IMG/VR virus record: IMGVR_UViG_3300046507_000282
Coordinates: 29,888 to 93,887 of that record
Source of the DNA: a virus
DNA length: 64,000 bases
Direction: 5' to 3' (one strand)
Of the stretch, positions 33,113-43,028 are shown in pieces; the stretch's first letter is position 1; the number at the start of each line of letters is the position of its first letter. Below the pieces are notes generated by a model. It was not told where the DNA came from. It saw only the letters and a program-made list of their open reading frames with translations, and did not search any database. A program made the translations under genes and the position numbers.

Positions 33113-35050
33113 TTAGAACCCCACCGCGAAATACCACATTTGAACCCCGCCAGCCGTCGAGCAGAGAACCGGCACTGAGCCACCTGCCGCTAAGAACGCA
33201 TTCCATGTAAAGTTGGTTGCGCTCTTGAAGTTGACGACGGCGTATGCCTGCGAATTACCGGATGCCTGGTTGCCGCTGCCGGCGACGTTAAGGCACGAAT
33301 TCGGGAAGGCAATAGGAAACGTCGTAGTAGTAGACGTGTTAGCCGCGCAAGGCGCTTGACCCCACTGAATAATCAGGCCGCTCGGCAGCTTCTGCCATCC
33401 ACCGCTTCCGATGAGGGATGCAGAGCCGACGCCACTAATGACGAGCCAGTTTGATCCATCGCTCACCATGTCGAACGCGCAGCCTGATGGGATGGATACC
33501 GACGTGGAGCCCGTCAACGCATTGAAGATCACGCCGCTTGGCGTAGCAATAGTTCCAACCGCCGTAGATGCGTTGTAGAAGGTGAAGCGGAGGTTTTGCG
33601 TGGTAGGCGGCGGCAGCGTGGCCGTAATAGCCGATGAGCCAGACAGTTCAATGAGCGACCCCGTCTGAGACGACGAGAGAACACCCGATGCGGCCAAAAT
33701 GGTATGCGCCTGGAAATTACCGAGCGCACGCTGCACAAACGCAGTCGTCGCCAGCGACAAATCGTTATCGAACTGCGCAGGCGTAACGCCCGTATCTCCG
33801 CCGAACAGTTGCAGCGCACCCTGCATCGTGCCGCCCGCCCACGTCACGGCATTCGATACCGTGAACGATGAGAACGCGAGCACCTGAATTTCGTCGTTGA
33901 GCGGAGCGGCGATATCCAGAATGACGTTCGCGCCGTCGGTCGCCGTATAGTTCGCCGAGGCGAGCACCGCACCATCCTGGATAACCATGATGTTGCCGGG
34001 CGTGTACGAGCACGGGAAAGTGGTCTGCCCTGCCGTCGCCGTGAACGTGTGATACGAGAACGACGAGGATGCGGCAGCGCCCGCCAGAATGACGTTGACG
34101 CCGTCCGAGTAGACGATGACAGACTGACCCTGCGGAATCGTCGCCGTCTTGCCAGCGGACCCCAAAACGGCCATTGTGAGGCCGAATGCGCCGGTCGTTT
34201 GGTTTGCAACGATCCACTGCCCGCTTTGCGAGGGAAGTTGGACCGAAATCTGCGCCGTCAGAGCGCCCTGCAGCAGCAGAATGCCGTTGCCGTACTGCGC
34301 CGGGGTCAGCGTGACATTCGAGCCGCCGCCGACGGGCACATTCACAGCGCCGTCCACGAACTGCCACACGAAGTTCGTGTTCGCGATCTTCAGCGATTGG
34401 TCACCAATCGGCGGCGTCGGCGTCGTCGGCTGCCCGCTCAGGACAAGATTCGAGAAGTCGTTCGACGCGAGGAAAACGTTCGTGCCATCGCCAGCGATGC
34501 TCTGAACTTTTCCTTGCGAGACAGCCACGCCAGTGCCAGCCGCCGTCTTGACAGTCAGCGTGAATGCGCCGGTCGTATTGTTCTTTACGATCCACTTGCC
34601 GGGCGTGCTCGGCACGATCACGGCGATGTTTGCCGTCAGTGCGCCCGTGAAGTTAAGCGTACCGTTGCCTGCCTGCACGGCGCTCAGGGAGACGTTCGAG
34701 CCCCCAGCTACGCTCAGCGACAGCACACCAGAAATCGTGCCCTGCACGAATGCGGTGTTTGCCAGCTTTAGCGAGTTGTCGCCGAGCGGCGGGGTCGGCG
34801 TAGTCGGCGTCCCTTCGAACGCGGGCGACAGCAGCGGCGCGACCGTGCCGGGGATCGTCTCGCCCGAGATCAGCAGATTCAGGTTCGTGTAGAGCCAGTT
34901 CGTGCGGTTCGCGAGGTTCAGCGCAGCCTGGTTCGAAATGCCGACGTTCGCCGCCGTGTTCGGATTGGCCGGGTTATAGCCTTCTACCGCATCGGAAATT
35001 AGGATTTCGTAAACGGTCGGATCATAGTTGCTAATTTCGGGCAGAGCCAT
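33113..35050 (-). CDS. Tail fibre protein 1
   Basis: 'LANRTNWL', repeated 'PTTPTPP.GD.SLK.ANT.FV', C-terminal 'QKLPSGLIIQWG'. Confidence 0.9.
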   Translation of the reverse strand: MALPEISNYDPTVYEILISDAVEGYNPANPNTAANVGISNQAALNLANRTNWLYTNLNLLISGETIPGTVAPLLSPAFEGTPTTPTPPLGDNSLKLANTAFVQGTISGVLSLSVAGGSNVSLSAVQAGNGTLNFTGALTANIAVIVPSTPGKWIVKNNTTGAFTLTVKTAAGTGVAVSQGKVQSIAGDGTNVFLASNDFSNLVLSGQPTTPTPPIGDQSLKIANTNFVWQFVDGAVNVPVGGGSNVTLTPAQYGNGILLLQGALTAQISVQLPSQSGQWIVANQTTGAFGLTMAVLGSAGKTATIPQGQSVIVYSDGVNVILAGAAASSSFSYHTFTATAGQTTFPCSYTPGNIMVIQDGAVLASANYTATDGANVILDIAAPLNDEIQVLAFSSFTVSNAVTWAGGTMQGALQLFGGDTGVTPAQFDNDLSLATTAFVQRALGNFQAHTILAASGVLSSSQTGSLIELSGSSAITATLPPPTTQNLRFTFYNASTAVGTIATPSGVIFNALTGSTSVSIPSGCAFDMVSDGSNWLVISGVGSASLIGSGGWQKLPSGLIIQWGQAPCAANTSTTTTFPIAFPNSCLNVAGSGNQASGNSQAYAVVNFKSATNFTWNAFLAAGGSVPVLCSTAGGVQMWYFAVGF

Positions 35051-35060
35051 TCCTTACCCC

Positions 35061-35576
35061 TTAAAAAGTGATCGTCCACGTCCCTTGAAGGGAAATGTCA
35101 GATGCGAAGTTGAGGGGAGTCGTACGCGTCTTGCGGGCGTACAGAAGGCCGGTCGGCGTCAGCAGGCCGAACTCACCAATCGCCATGCCGTAGGCCGCAG
35201 CGTCAGCGTTTCCGAGGCCGAACGCGAACTGCACGCCGTCTCCGTTCGCGCCGTTCGGGTAGCTCACACCTTGGATAGCGTTCGTGTACTGGCCCGTGAG
35301 GGACGTATTGCCGAAGACCGGAGGCGTCAGGTTCGTGCCGACGCCAAATTTCGCGACGTTGTTGCCCGTGAAGTTGCCGCCGAGCAGTTGCGAATGAATC
35401 GGCTGCGAGGAAATGACGATCAGGTTGTGTTCGTCAACGCGCTCGATGAGTTTGCCCGCGCGGCGCACTTCGTACTTGACGTGGCCGGTCGGCTTATTCA
35501 GTTGATCGTGAAGCGCGAAACCGGCTGCAGCGCCTGCACAAGCGCGCAGCAGTCGTTCGATAATGTGCATTTGCAT
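35061..35576 (-). CDS. Baseplate/tail-fibre attachment protein
   Basis: 'HNLIV...FGVGT...IGEFGL...LYARK...WTITF'. Confidence 0.7.
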   Translation of the reverse strand: MQMHIIERLLRACAGAAAGFALHDQLNKPTGHVKYEVRRAGKLIERVDEHNLIVISSQPIHSQLLGGNFTGNNVAKFGVGTNLTPPVFGNTSLTGQYTNAIQGVSYPNGANGDGVQFAFGLGNADAAAYGMAIGEFGLLTPTGLLYARKTRTTPLNFASDISLQGTWTITF

Positions 35577-35680
35577 GGTCAGACTGACCCCTCTAGTGGA
35601 TGGTCTTAGCCTGAAATCACGACTTTTTCCCGCGACCACGCTTTCGCGTGTGCGGGTCCATTTAGTGCGGAGTTGTCGAT

Positions 35681-36796
35681 TTATAGCGTATCTACTTCGG
35701 TTTGCCCGCTTTCGTGCAGGATTACTCCGTTGTATGAGCGAATTCCGTTGTACGTATAGTTGTACTGGATTGTTAGTTCCATGCCACCCGCATCTTGAGG
35801 AGGCGTGAGCGTGTCCGTCATCGCGGCAGCCTTGACGGCGATAACCGACATCGCATCAACCGGATTGACGAGCGTGTCTGCGAACGGCGCGATCACTTCG
35901 ATGACCGAGAATTGGTCCGTCGGAGGAATGAGCGAGTCAGTCAGGTTTGAACCGACAAGTTCGAGATTGCGCAGGTGCGTGCCCGCGGCGCGCAGCGTGT
36001 TGATAAGCGCCGAGACAGTGGTTGCGAACGAAGTCGGGTCCTGCCCGTTGATCAGGTCGTACCCATACTGCACATCGAACAGGCCATATACGGGCGTGTT
36101 GGCGGAATTGTGGTCAATGGTCCCGTCGTACACGTGGACCCCGTTATACGCGTTGCCAGTGACGCCCGGCAGCACCACGTCGGTAACGGTCGTGTCCTGC
36201 CCAGTGAATGTCGAGATTGCGATCTCCATCGCGACGTTATTCGACATCGGGCGCAACACGGACGAAATGATGCGAGGACCGTAAGACGAGTCGGCTTCAT
36301 TCGGATTGCGCGGGACTTTGTAGTAGGTCCCCAGCGTGTCAAGCCAGATCGTGTCTGCCGTGGTCGTGCTCATTTCCGCAGGCAGGTTTTTAATCTGCTG
36401 CGATGCGAGTTCGAGTTCTGCGGCGTTAGCGTCCAGGTACGCCCATAGAATGCTTGTGAAGGCGTATAGCGGCTGCGGCGGATCGTCGGGCGTCACACTT
36501 CCGGTCGCATCGAGGAGGGCTACTGCGCCGATATTAGCCATAGACGGAGCGAGGTACGGCGTCACGTACCCAGGCTGCGCCGCAATGTAGTTGACCAGTT
36601 CCGCGAAGGTGTAATCAGCCAGGTTGATCGTCAGATTGCCGGTCGGCCCAGTGTTCTGCACGACGGTCGTAAGAATCCCGTCCTTCACCTGCCACGTCAT
36701 CGGATAGACGTGGTTGAACTGCATCGCGAGCACCTGCGCCGGGCTCTTGTTAAAGACCCGGTTCAGAAACCCGAGAAGGGTTTGAGTCAGCAGCAT
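35681..36796 (-). CDS. Baseplate wedge subunit
   Basis: 'TADTIWLDTLG.YY.VPR..NEADSSY..RI...RAAGT'; follows baseplate J. Confidence 0.8.
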   Translation of the reverse strand: MLLTQTLLGFLNRVFNKSPAQVLAMQFNHVYPMTWQVKDGILTTVVQNTGPTGNLTINLADYTFAELVNYIAAQPGYVTPYLAPSMANIGAVALLDATGSVTPDDPPQPLYAFTSILWAYLDANAAELELASQQIKNLPAEMSTTTADTIWLDTLGTYYKVPRNPNEADSSYGPRIISSVLRPMSNNVAMEIAISTFTGQDTTVTDVVLPGVTGNAYNGVHVYDGTIDHNSANTPVYGLFDVQYGYDLINGQDPTSFATTVSALINTLRAAGTHLRNLELVGSNLTDSLIPPTDQFSVIEVIAPFADTLVNPVDAMSVIAVKAAAMTDTLTPPQDAGGMELTIQYNYTYNGIRSYNGVILHESGQTEVDTL

Positions 36797-37954
36797 TTAG
36801 GCCCCCTGCGTCAGGGTGATCGTTCCCGGCATGTTCTTCGTGCCCGTGGCGGCCAGCGTATCGGTGAACGTCGAGACGTAGTTCGTCACGCCCGGAATCG
36901 ACATGGCGGCCAGAGAAATCTGTGCGGCCACGGCGGTTCCTACCGGGTCTGTTCCGGGGTCCTGGCTTCCCGAGTTGCCGATAGTGAGGCCCTGCAGATA
37001 CGAGAAGATCGCAGCTTGCACGAGCGGCTGAACGTTGTCCCACACGAAGCCCGGCGCGATGGTCACCGTGGCCGTCACGGCGAGCGGTTCTTCGGTCGCG
37101 ATAAAGACGTTCGTTTTGACGCCAGCAGCCTTGTATCCGGGGACCTTCTGCCCCTGCGGATTCACATAGCCAGCAATGACGTTCTGAGCCTGCGTGAGCA
37201 GCGCCTGCGACGTGTCGCCTACCCCGTTGTGGATGTAGCAGTTGACCAGCGCAATCGGCGCGGTCGGGTTAGTTAGGTACGGCTCAACGACGAGGTTGAG
37301 CGCGACCTTTTCCTTGATATTTCCCATCGAGTCCGTCAGGTTGACGGTCGATAGGCCGTACTGCAGCGCGGCGACAGTAGCGCGCGAGAGCGTAGAAATG
37401 TACGCCTGGAAGCGGATAAGTTGCTGCGCAGGCGTCTCGGCATCCTGCCCATTCACGAACGCATTCGCATTGGTCGCGCTCACGAATCCGGTCGGCTGCG
37501 GCGATACCGAGAACGACTGGTTCTGCGGCAGGTTGCCGACCGTGCCAGTCAGCGTGCATGCGACCTGAATATTGACCGTCGTGCTGCCAGCCGGGATAAC
37601 CACGTCGGCAGCCGATTGATAGACGCTTGAGGTCGCGCCGTTCGGCGTGAAGGTCGTACCAGCGGCCACCAGCACAGCCGTCGGCTGGGAAGCAATCGAC
37701 AATTGGGCCAATCCAGACGCACTCTGAGCGGCCAGCGGCGGGAAGTTGAACGAATTGAATACGGAGACAGGGATAGCCTCCTGCAACCCGTTGAACATTT
37801 GCTGGTAAAGCTCGTCAAGCTCGGCGGCCGGCGATTCGAGCATCGTGCGAATGACAGCGCCAACATTGAAGTCGGTCACCTTCTTCTGCGTCATGCTCAT
37901 CCGATTGATCATCGAATTTACGATGGACGCAAAGTTTTTAAGCTGAAATGCCAC
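36797..37954 (-). CDS. Baseplate J-like wedge protein
   Basis: 'TDFNVGAVIRT.LE...GTVGN...NGQDAET...YKAAGV'. Confidence 0.9.
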   Translation of the reverse strand: MAFQLKNFASIVNSMINRMSMTQKKVTDFNVGAVIRTMLESPAAELDELYQQMFNGLQEAIPVSVFNSFNFPPLAAQSASGLAQLSIASQPTAVLVAAGTTFTPNGATSSVYQSAADVVIPAGSTTVNIQVACTLTGTVGNLPQNQSFSVSPQPTGFVSATNANAFVNGQDAETPAQQLIRFQAYISTLSRATVAALQYGLSTVNLTDSMGNIKEKVALNLVVEPYLTNPTAPIALVNCYIHNGVGDTSQALLTQAQNVIAGYVNPQGQKVPGYKAAGVKTNVFIATEEPLAVTATVTIAPGFVWDNVQPLVQAAIFSYLQGLTIGNSGSQDPGTDPVGTAVAAQISLAAMSIPGVTNYVSTFTDTLAATGTKNMPGTITLTQGA

Positions 37955-37966
37955 GGCGGTCCTTTT

Positions 37967-38602
37967 TTAGTTGAGCGCGCTGTTCGAGACAGTCGTGTTG
38001 ATCGGAACCTTCGTTCCCGCGATGGTCTCGGCCTGCACCACGGTTGCAATCGCATCGCCGACGATGGTTGCGGTCGAGTCGTCAACCTGCGCGATGCGCG
38101 AGTCGGCTGCCACGGTTTGCTTCGCATAGCGCGCGGCGAGCATCCCCGTCGTGGGCCCGTTTTGCTTGCCCAGCAGGCGGCGTCCGAGGTATCCGTAGCT
38201 CAAGTGGTAGAGAAGCTCGCCTTGGTCCGTATCGAGCGCGTTTTCGAGCGCCTGATTGAGGTTCGCGATACCCGAGACAGTCCCGATGTCGCCGTCATCA
38301 GTGACGTTCAGGGTCCCGTCCGGATTCAGTAGCCCATCCGTCTTGAAAACGTCGTTCGGGTCTGTTGATGTGGCCGCACTTGACGCCGGGATCGTCAGAA
38401 ACGAGCCATTCAGCAGGACGCCCGGCACAACCGAATCGGGGTCGTCCGTCAGGTACGGCGGAATCAGGCCATTCATCCCGATCAGGATGGCCCATTGCGA
38501 CGTGTCGCCGAGCACGCGCGCAGCGAACGTCTGCAGCGTGTCACCGTATTGCGTCTGGACGTGGCGGAATCCAGTAAGCGGGGTATCAAAGATCGATGGC
38601 AT
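37967..38602 (-). CDS. Baseplate protein (LysM-like plus gp25-like)
   Basis: 'GDTLQTFAARVLGD..W..L...N'; 'GIANLNQAL...TDQGELLYH.SYG...DSRI'. Confidence 0.8.
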   Translation of the reverse strand: MPSIFDTPLTGFRHVQTQYGDTLQTFAARVLGDTSQWAILIGMNGLIPPYLTDDPDSVVPGVLLNGSFLTIPASSAATSTDPNDVFKTDGLLNPDGTLNVTDDGDIGTVSGIANLNQALENALDTDQGELLYHLSYGYLGRRLLGKQNGPTTGMLAARYAKQTVAADSRIAQVDDSTATIVGDAIATVVQAETIAGTKVPINTTVSNSALN

Positions 38603-39807
38603 CAGGTCAGCGAAATACCGTTAGTGATCGTCGCCGCGAGCGACGCGAGTTGCGCGGGCGTAAGGGGAGCCAACACCGGGTCCGTGTAAAGGATCGTGTT
38701 GATAGCCTGCTGCGCTGCCTGACTCACCTGAATGGGCGGCGGCATGCTGGTTCCCATAACGTCGTAGAACGGGTTAGCTCCATTCAGCGTGTACTGAGAC
38801 TGCGGCGTCGAGCCGGGGACCGTTGAGGAGCAGTTAGACGCGCCGTAGAGACCCGTATAGACGGGATATGTCTGCGCCTGCGCGATGGCATTGGCGAAAG
38901 CGCATGCCACGTCTGAAAAAGCCGCCTGCACCTGCATAAGCGGGCCGGTCACGTTGGCCGCGTTGCTCGCCACCGAGCCGAGCGTCGCGAACATGTTGAA
39001 ACCGCACTGCGCGACGGACTGCGCGACGCCAGTAACCAGGCTCACCAGTGCGGCAGGGGTCTCAACAATAGCCATAGCCTCGTTGAACACCGATACCGCC
39101 GTCTGCATGAAAGACGTGATCGGGCCGATGATGTTCGACTCAACAAAATTGACGGCTGACTTTACGGCGCTCACGATCTGTTTAACAGCGGCCACGATGC
39201 TCTGAAGACCCAGTTTCTGAATGAGACCAGACAGCCATCCGTCAGAGCCTGACGAAGGCGGCGGCACGTCGCCAAGACCGATCATCGAGATTTGGTACAT
39301 GCACAGCAGCGGACGCGAGCGCGAGCGGCGCAGCGTGAAGCTCATCGGAATGACGAGATCGAGCGTCGAGTTGAGCGCGTCCGTGAAAATCAGTTGAACG
39401 AGGTCGGGACTGAGGCCCTTGATCGCGGCATTGTTACGTGCGATATGCCAGTTCGTGAAACTCGCCGCACGAAGCGCCTGAAAAAACGCCATGCCGTCCA
39501 CGCCATTGAATCCGCGCCAGCCGGTATTTCCGCTGATATTGATTTGCGTCAGGCCAGCTCCGAAGTCGTCCGCGAATGCGCCGCCGAGAGTCTGCTGCAC
39601 CGTCACGCGTGACACTTCCGTCCGCGTCAATTCTTCAGGGCGGATGTTGAGCGGCAGCACCACGGGGGCCGCGCCCGTGGCGTAGTCGTCCAGCGTGAAG
39701 CTGATAGGGCAACTTCCCGGCTTCTGCGATGGAGGCGAATTCAGCGCCTGCAACGCAGCCGGGATTTGCGGCGCAGCGAACGAGAGGGGGACGAATGGAG
39801 TGCTCAT
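38602..39807 (-). CDS. Tail/baseplate structural protein (tube-initiator-like)
   Basis: 'IRPEELTRTE.SR..VQQTLGG...DDFG.G...I.ISG.TG'. Confidence 0.7.
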   Translation of the reverse strand: MSTPFVPLSFAAPQIPAALQALNSPPSQKPGSCPISFTLDDYATGAAPVVLPLNIRPEELTRTEVSRVTVQQTLGGAFADDFGAGLTQINISGNTGWRGFNGVDGMAFFQALRAASFTNWHIARNNAAIKGLSPDLVQLIFTDALNSTLDLVIPMSFTLRRSRSRPLLCMYQISMIGLGDVPPPSSGSDGWLSGLIQKLGLQSIVAAVKQIVSAVKSAVNFVESNIIGPITSFMQTAVSVFNEAMAIVETPAALVSLVTGVAQSVAQCGFNMFATLGSVASNAANVTGPLMQVQAAFSDVACAFANAIAQAQTYPVYTGLYGASNCSSTVPGSTPQSQYTLNGANPFYDVMGTSMPPPIQVSQAAQQAINTILYTDPVLAPLTPAQLASLAATITNGISLT

Positions 39808-39835
39808 GACGCCAAAGATGGCGTCACGAACTCAT

Positions 39836-40393
39836 TTAGTCGTCGTGGTGGATGACTTCGGTCGGCGTCATCCGGTAGCCTTCGACGGCGTACTTCTGGA
39901 TGATCCAGTCGGGGAACGTCGTCATGTGGATTCCCTGGTCCTTCTGCGTGTGGAACTGCTTTCCGATCAGCAGCCCATTCACTGTCATGTCATCCACGAA
40001 AAGGTACGGGTCCTTCGGAACAAGCCGCGTAACGTCGCTGTGCAGCGGAGTCTCTGCAGGCTTCACGACTACATGCTCTGCGCCTTCGAAAAACTTGACC
40101 CAGTCGAATGCCTGAGCATGCGGGCCCCAGTGACCCGCTTTGCAATCCTTCGCGAAGCGCTCCCAATCTACGATCTCTGCGAAGCAGCGTTCGATAGGAT
40201 GATGGTGCGCTTCCAGCGGATGGCCGAGTTCCTCTGCCGTCATGTTCGAAATGAAGCAGCGACCGCCCTCGCGCTCAATCAGCTTTTCGCGGGAGTGCCT
40301 GAAAAGAGGCGTTTCCTTGCGCGCCGCGTGGCCGGGAATCAGGATATCGATAGACAGCGTTTCTTTTTGTTCGTGGACTTGCTCAACAGACAT
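39836..40393 (-). CDS. HNH-like fold protein inserted in the tail operon
   Basis: 'RCFI...LEAHH...NGLLI...H...GIH'; own late-type motif at 40418-40432. Confidence 0.5.
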   Translation of the reverse strand: MSVEQVHEQKETLSIDILIPGHAARKETPLFRHSREKLIEREGGRCFISNMTAEELGHPLEAHHHPIERCFAEIVDWERFAKDCKAGHWGPHAQAFDWVKFFEGAEHVVVKPAETPLHSDVTRLVPKDPYLFVDDMTVNGLLIGKQFHTQKDQGIHMTTFPDWIIQKYAVEGYRMTPTEVIHHDD

Positions 40394-40432
40394 GGTTCCT
40401 CCTAAAGGTGTCTGTTGAGCTTCGCTTCACGA

Positions 40433-41371
40433 CTAGCTGTTTGACGGAGGATCGGTTTCGGAGCCGCCAGACTGCACGCCAGGGTGTTTGTGGCCCTTGC
40501 CGCTGATCGTGCCAGCGATAACATCGGTTTGACCAGTAACCGTGCCGGTCACTGTCGCGTCGCCGGTAATCGTCATTGCAGGGCCGCCTCCTGAGCCCGC
40601 TGTGCCGCTCGCACCCGCTTCGAATGCCAGCGGACCTTGGACGGTCAGCGCGCCCGTACAAGTGGTTTGCGGCGAATCAATGGTCACTGTCGGCGCTTTC
40701 AGGTCTGCCGCGCCGGTAGAGGTAACCGTCGTCGTGCCCTGCACCGTCACCGCAGCGTTGCCCTTCGTGTTGACCGTCAGGTTGCCGTTGTGCGTGATGG
40801 TGATGTTGCCGCTCGGATCGACTTCGATTTGCGCCATCTGCGCGCCCGCGTTCGCCACCACCAGGTTGACGTACGGCGCGGCAGCCGTGTTCTGCTTGAC
40901 GGCCCACGACTTGTCAACGTCCTGCGCAGTCAGGTCCTCATGTGCCGGGCTCGCGGCTACGCGAAGGAATGTCCCGCTTGGGTGATACCACTCATGATCG
41001 CCGTTTTCGTTTGTCGTGCTGTACACGTCAGAGGCATGGCGACTCACGCGGAAGTTGTTGCGCTGAAAAGTAAGCTGCGTTACCTGCGGCAGCACGAAGC
41101 CCATGCAGATCGGCATGCCGTCCACGCTCGCGATAATCGCACGCACGTAGCGCGGCGCGCTCGCTACAACCACCATGGTCCAGCGCGTGTCGTCCACCGG
41201 CAGACCGATTTCAGGCAAGTCCATAATGCCCGTGTCAGAGCTTCCCGTGTGTGCGGCGCACTGCACGTTTGCAAGGCGGTCGCCAGACTTCGGCATGAGA
41301 ACATCGATGCTGTTCCCTTCCGGATAGACTGCGACAACGATGCCTAGTTTGAGCCCTTTCTGACTCCACAT
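40433..41371 (-). CDS. Baseplate central spike (gpV-like)
   Basis: Beta-helix repeats and C-terminal 'HKHPGVQSG'. Confidence 0.9.
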   Translation of the reverse strand: MWSQKGLKLGIVVAVYPEGNSIDVLMPKSGDRLANVQCAAHTGSSDTGIMDLPEIGLPVDDTRWTMVVVASAPRYVRAIIASVDGMPICMGFVLPQVTQLTFQRNNFRVSRHASDVYSTTNENGDHEWYHPSGTFLRVAASPAHEDLTAQDVDKSWAVKQNTAAAPYVNLVVANAGAQMAQIEVDPSGNITITHNGNLTVNTKGNAAVTVQGTTTVTSTGAADLKAPTVTIDSPQTTCTGALTVQGPLAFEAGASGTAGSGGGPAMTITGDATVTGTVTGQTDVIAGTISGKGHKHPGVQSGGSETDPPSNS

Positions 41372-43026
41372 TACGAGTTACTCCACGAAATCATTTCAGA
41401 GTAGTAGGGAGAAACGCCGCCCTTCGCCTGCGTGATGCGGTCGGCGAAGTTGGTCCCGCGGTCGTAATCCACTTCCGTGAAGTAGTTTCCGAACGGCTCA
41501 TAGACGTGCGTAACTGAGTGCGCGTAATAGAGCGACTGCAAATTGCCCTTCGGATTGCTCGGCGTAGCGCCCCAGCGAATCTTTACGTAGACGCCAGCCT
41601 TGATGCGCTCATTTCCTTCCATGTGCATAGCGCCATCCTCAAAGATGACGTTATCCTTATTGAGCGCGATCAGTAGATTGCGACGGTCGTCAATCCAGCC
41701 GACGAATGCGGTCTGATTGTTCCAGCGCGTATCGTCGGCGGGCTGCCCATTGCCATTGTTCGTTTCCGTCGAGCCGCCCTGCTGCGTCGAGACTTCCATC
41801 TTGCGCAGGCCATAGAGCGCCGGGTTGACGTTCTGAACGTCAGTTAGGTAGTACGGGACCGCGCCCTGCTGCGTCGCATAGGACGCGTACATTTTCGTCA
41901 GGTCCTGATAGTTCATGTTGAACCGCGGCGCATCGCACCAGTAATAGTTCGCCAGGTTCGCGTCAGAGCGGCGCTGCGAAATCGAAATGATCGGGTCCGA
42001 GGTAATCGATACGAGGTTCGCCGTCGGGGAAAGTTGGCTATCCTGGCTAACTCCCGTCGTCACCGATGTCTGAATGGGCTGAATAGGGGCATTCGAGGCC
42101 GCAGCAAGGAACGGCGCAGGGCGATATACCGCATACGGGCCAGCAGGACCCCAGGCGCCTGCATCGCGGTCCTCAACAAAGAATTCATTGAACGGGCCGA
42201 TGTCGAGATACTCGCGCAGGAGGTCCTGGACCGTCCCGCTATTGAACGCGCCAAGCTGCACCGACACGAGCGCATCCGGAACCTGAATGTCGGTCGCGAT
42301 CTCGGCGAGCGCGGTGCCCGAGGTTGCGCCCGCCGCCTGCATACCCGCGATATATGGATTGACGATCAGGTCAAATACGGCCTGAAAGAATGCGGTCGAT
42401 TTTTGGACGTTGAGGTCCTCGCCGTACTTCGAAAACAGCGGGAAACTCGAAATCAGGTTTGCAACATCCGGCGTACACGGCATGTTGAAAATCTGAATCA
42501 TCTGCAAAATCTTGTGGTAGTCGTGGCCGACCACGTGGATCGTGCGCGTCGGCTTTCCATCCGCGCTCATACCTTGGAAGCGCTCGATATTGCCAATGAA
42601 ACCGCGCATCATGATCGGCAGCTTCTGGCCGTTCGTGCCGGCATACGTGTAGGCGTCTCCAGCGAAGCGGATCTCAACCATGTCCATCGGCTCAAGCAGC
42701 GTATGGAGCGTGTCCTGCAGGCCCGCCATTACCTGGTCAACGAACGTGATAGAGAACGCCCCGGCGTCGTCGCGAACAGACTTCTGCACGCGCACAACAG
42801 ACCCGTCTCCGAGCCATGGCGTGAGGTCGTAAATGTTCGACGGCGAATCGGATTGACTCGGCGGCCCGGCGAGCGCGGACGGCGAATTAGACGGCGTGGA
42901 CGACGACGAAAACGAGTTAGGCGCACCGCTTCCCGTGGTGGCCGAAACGTTCCCCGTCGCGCTGGTGCGCGTCACCACCTTGTGCAGCAGAATCTGAATA
43001 TTCGGCTTGCGAACCTTTGCGAACAT
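41371..43026 (-). CDS. Baseplate hub protein
   Basis: Lies between tape measure and spike; 'GAFSITF...GFI...YYAHSVTH'. Confidence 0.75.
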   Translation of the reverse strand: MFAKVRKPNIQILLHKVVTRTSATGNVSATTGSGAPNSFSSSSTPSNSPSALAGPPSQSDSPSNIYDLTPWLGDGSVVRVQKSVRDDAGAFSITFVDQVMAGLQDTLHTLLEPMDMVEIRFAGDAYTYAGTNGQKLPIMMRGFIGNIERFQGMSADGKPTRTIHVVGHDYHKILQMIQIFNMPCTPDVANLISSFPLFSKYGEDLNVQKSTAFFQAVFDLIVNPYIAGMQAAGATSGTALAEIATDIQVPDALVSVQLGAFNSGTVQDLLREYLDIGPFNEFFVEDRDAGAWGPAGPYAVYRPAPFLAAASNAPIQPIQTSVTTGVSQDSQLSPTANLVSITSDPIISISQRRSDANLANYYWCDAPRFNMNYQDLTKMYASYATQQGAVPYYLTDVQNVNPALYGLRKMEVSTQQGGSTETNNGNGQPADDTRWNNQTAFVGWIDDRRNLLIALNKDNVIFEDGAMHMEGNERIKAGVYVKIRWGATPSNPKGNLQSLYYAHSVTHVYEPFGNYFTEVDYDRGTNFADRITQAKGGVSPYYSEMISWSNS

Positions 43027-43028
43027 GC

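Noticed and set aside
31151-35050. Diversity-generating retroelement or invertible tail-fibre switch
   Set aside because: No reverse transcriptase, no adenine-specific TR/VR pair, and no invertase or inverted crossover sites seen
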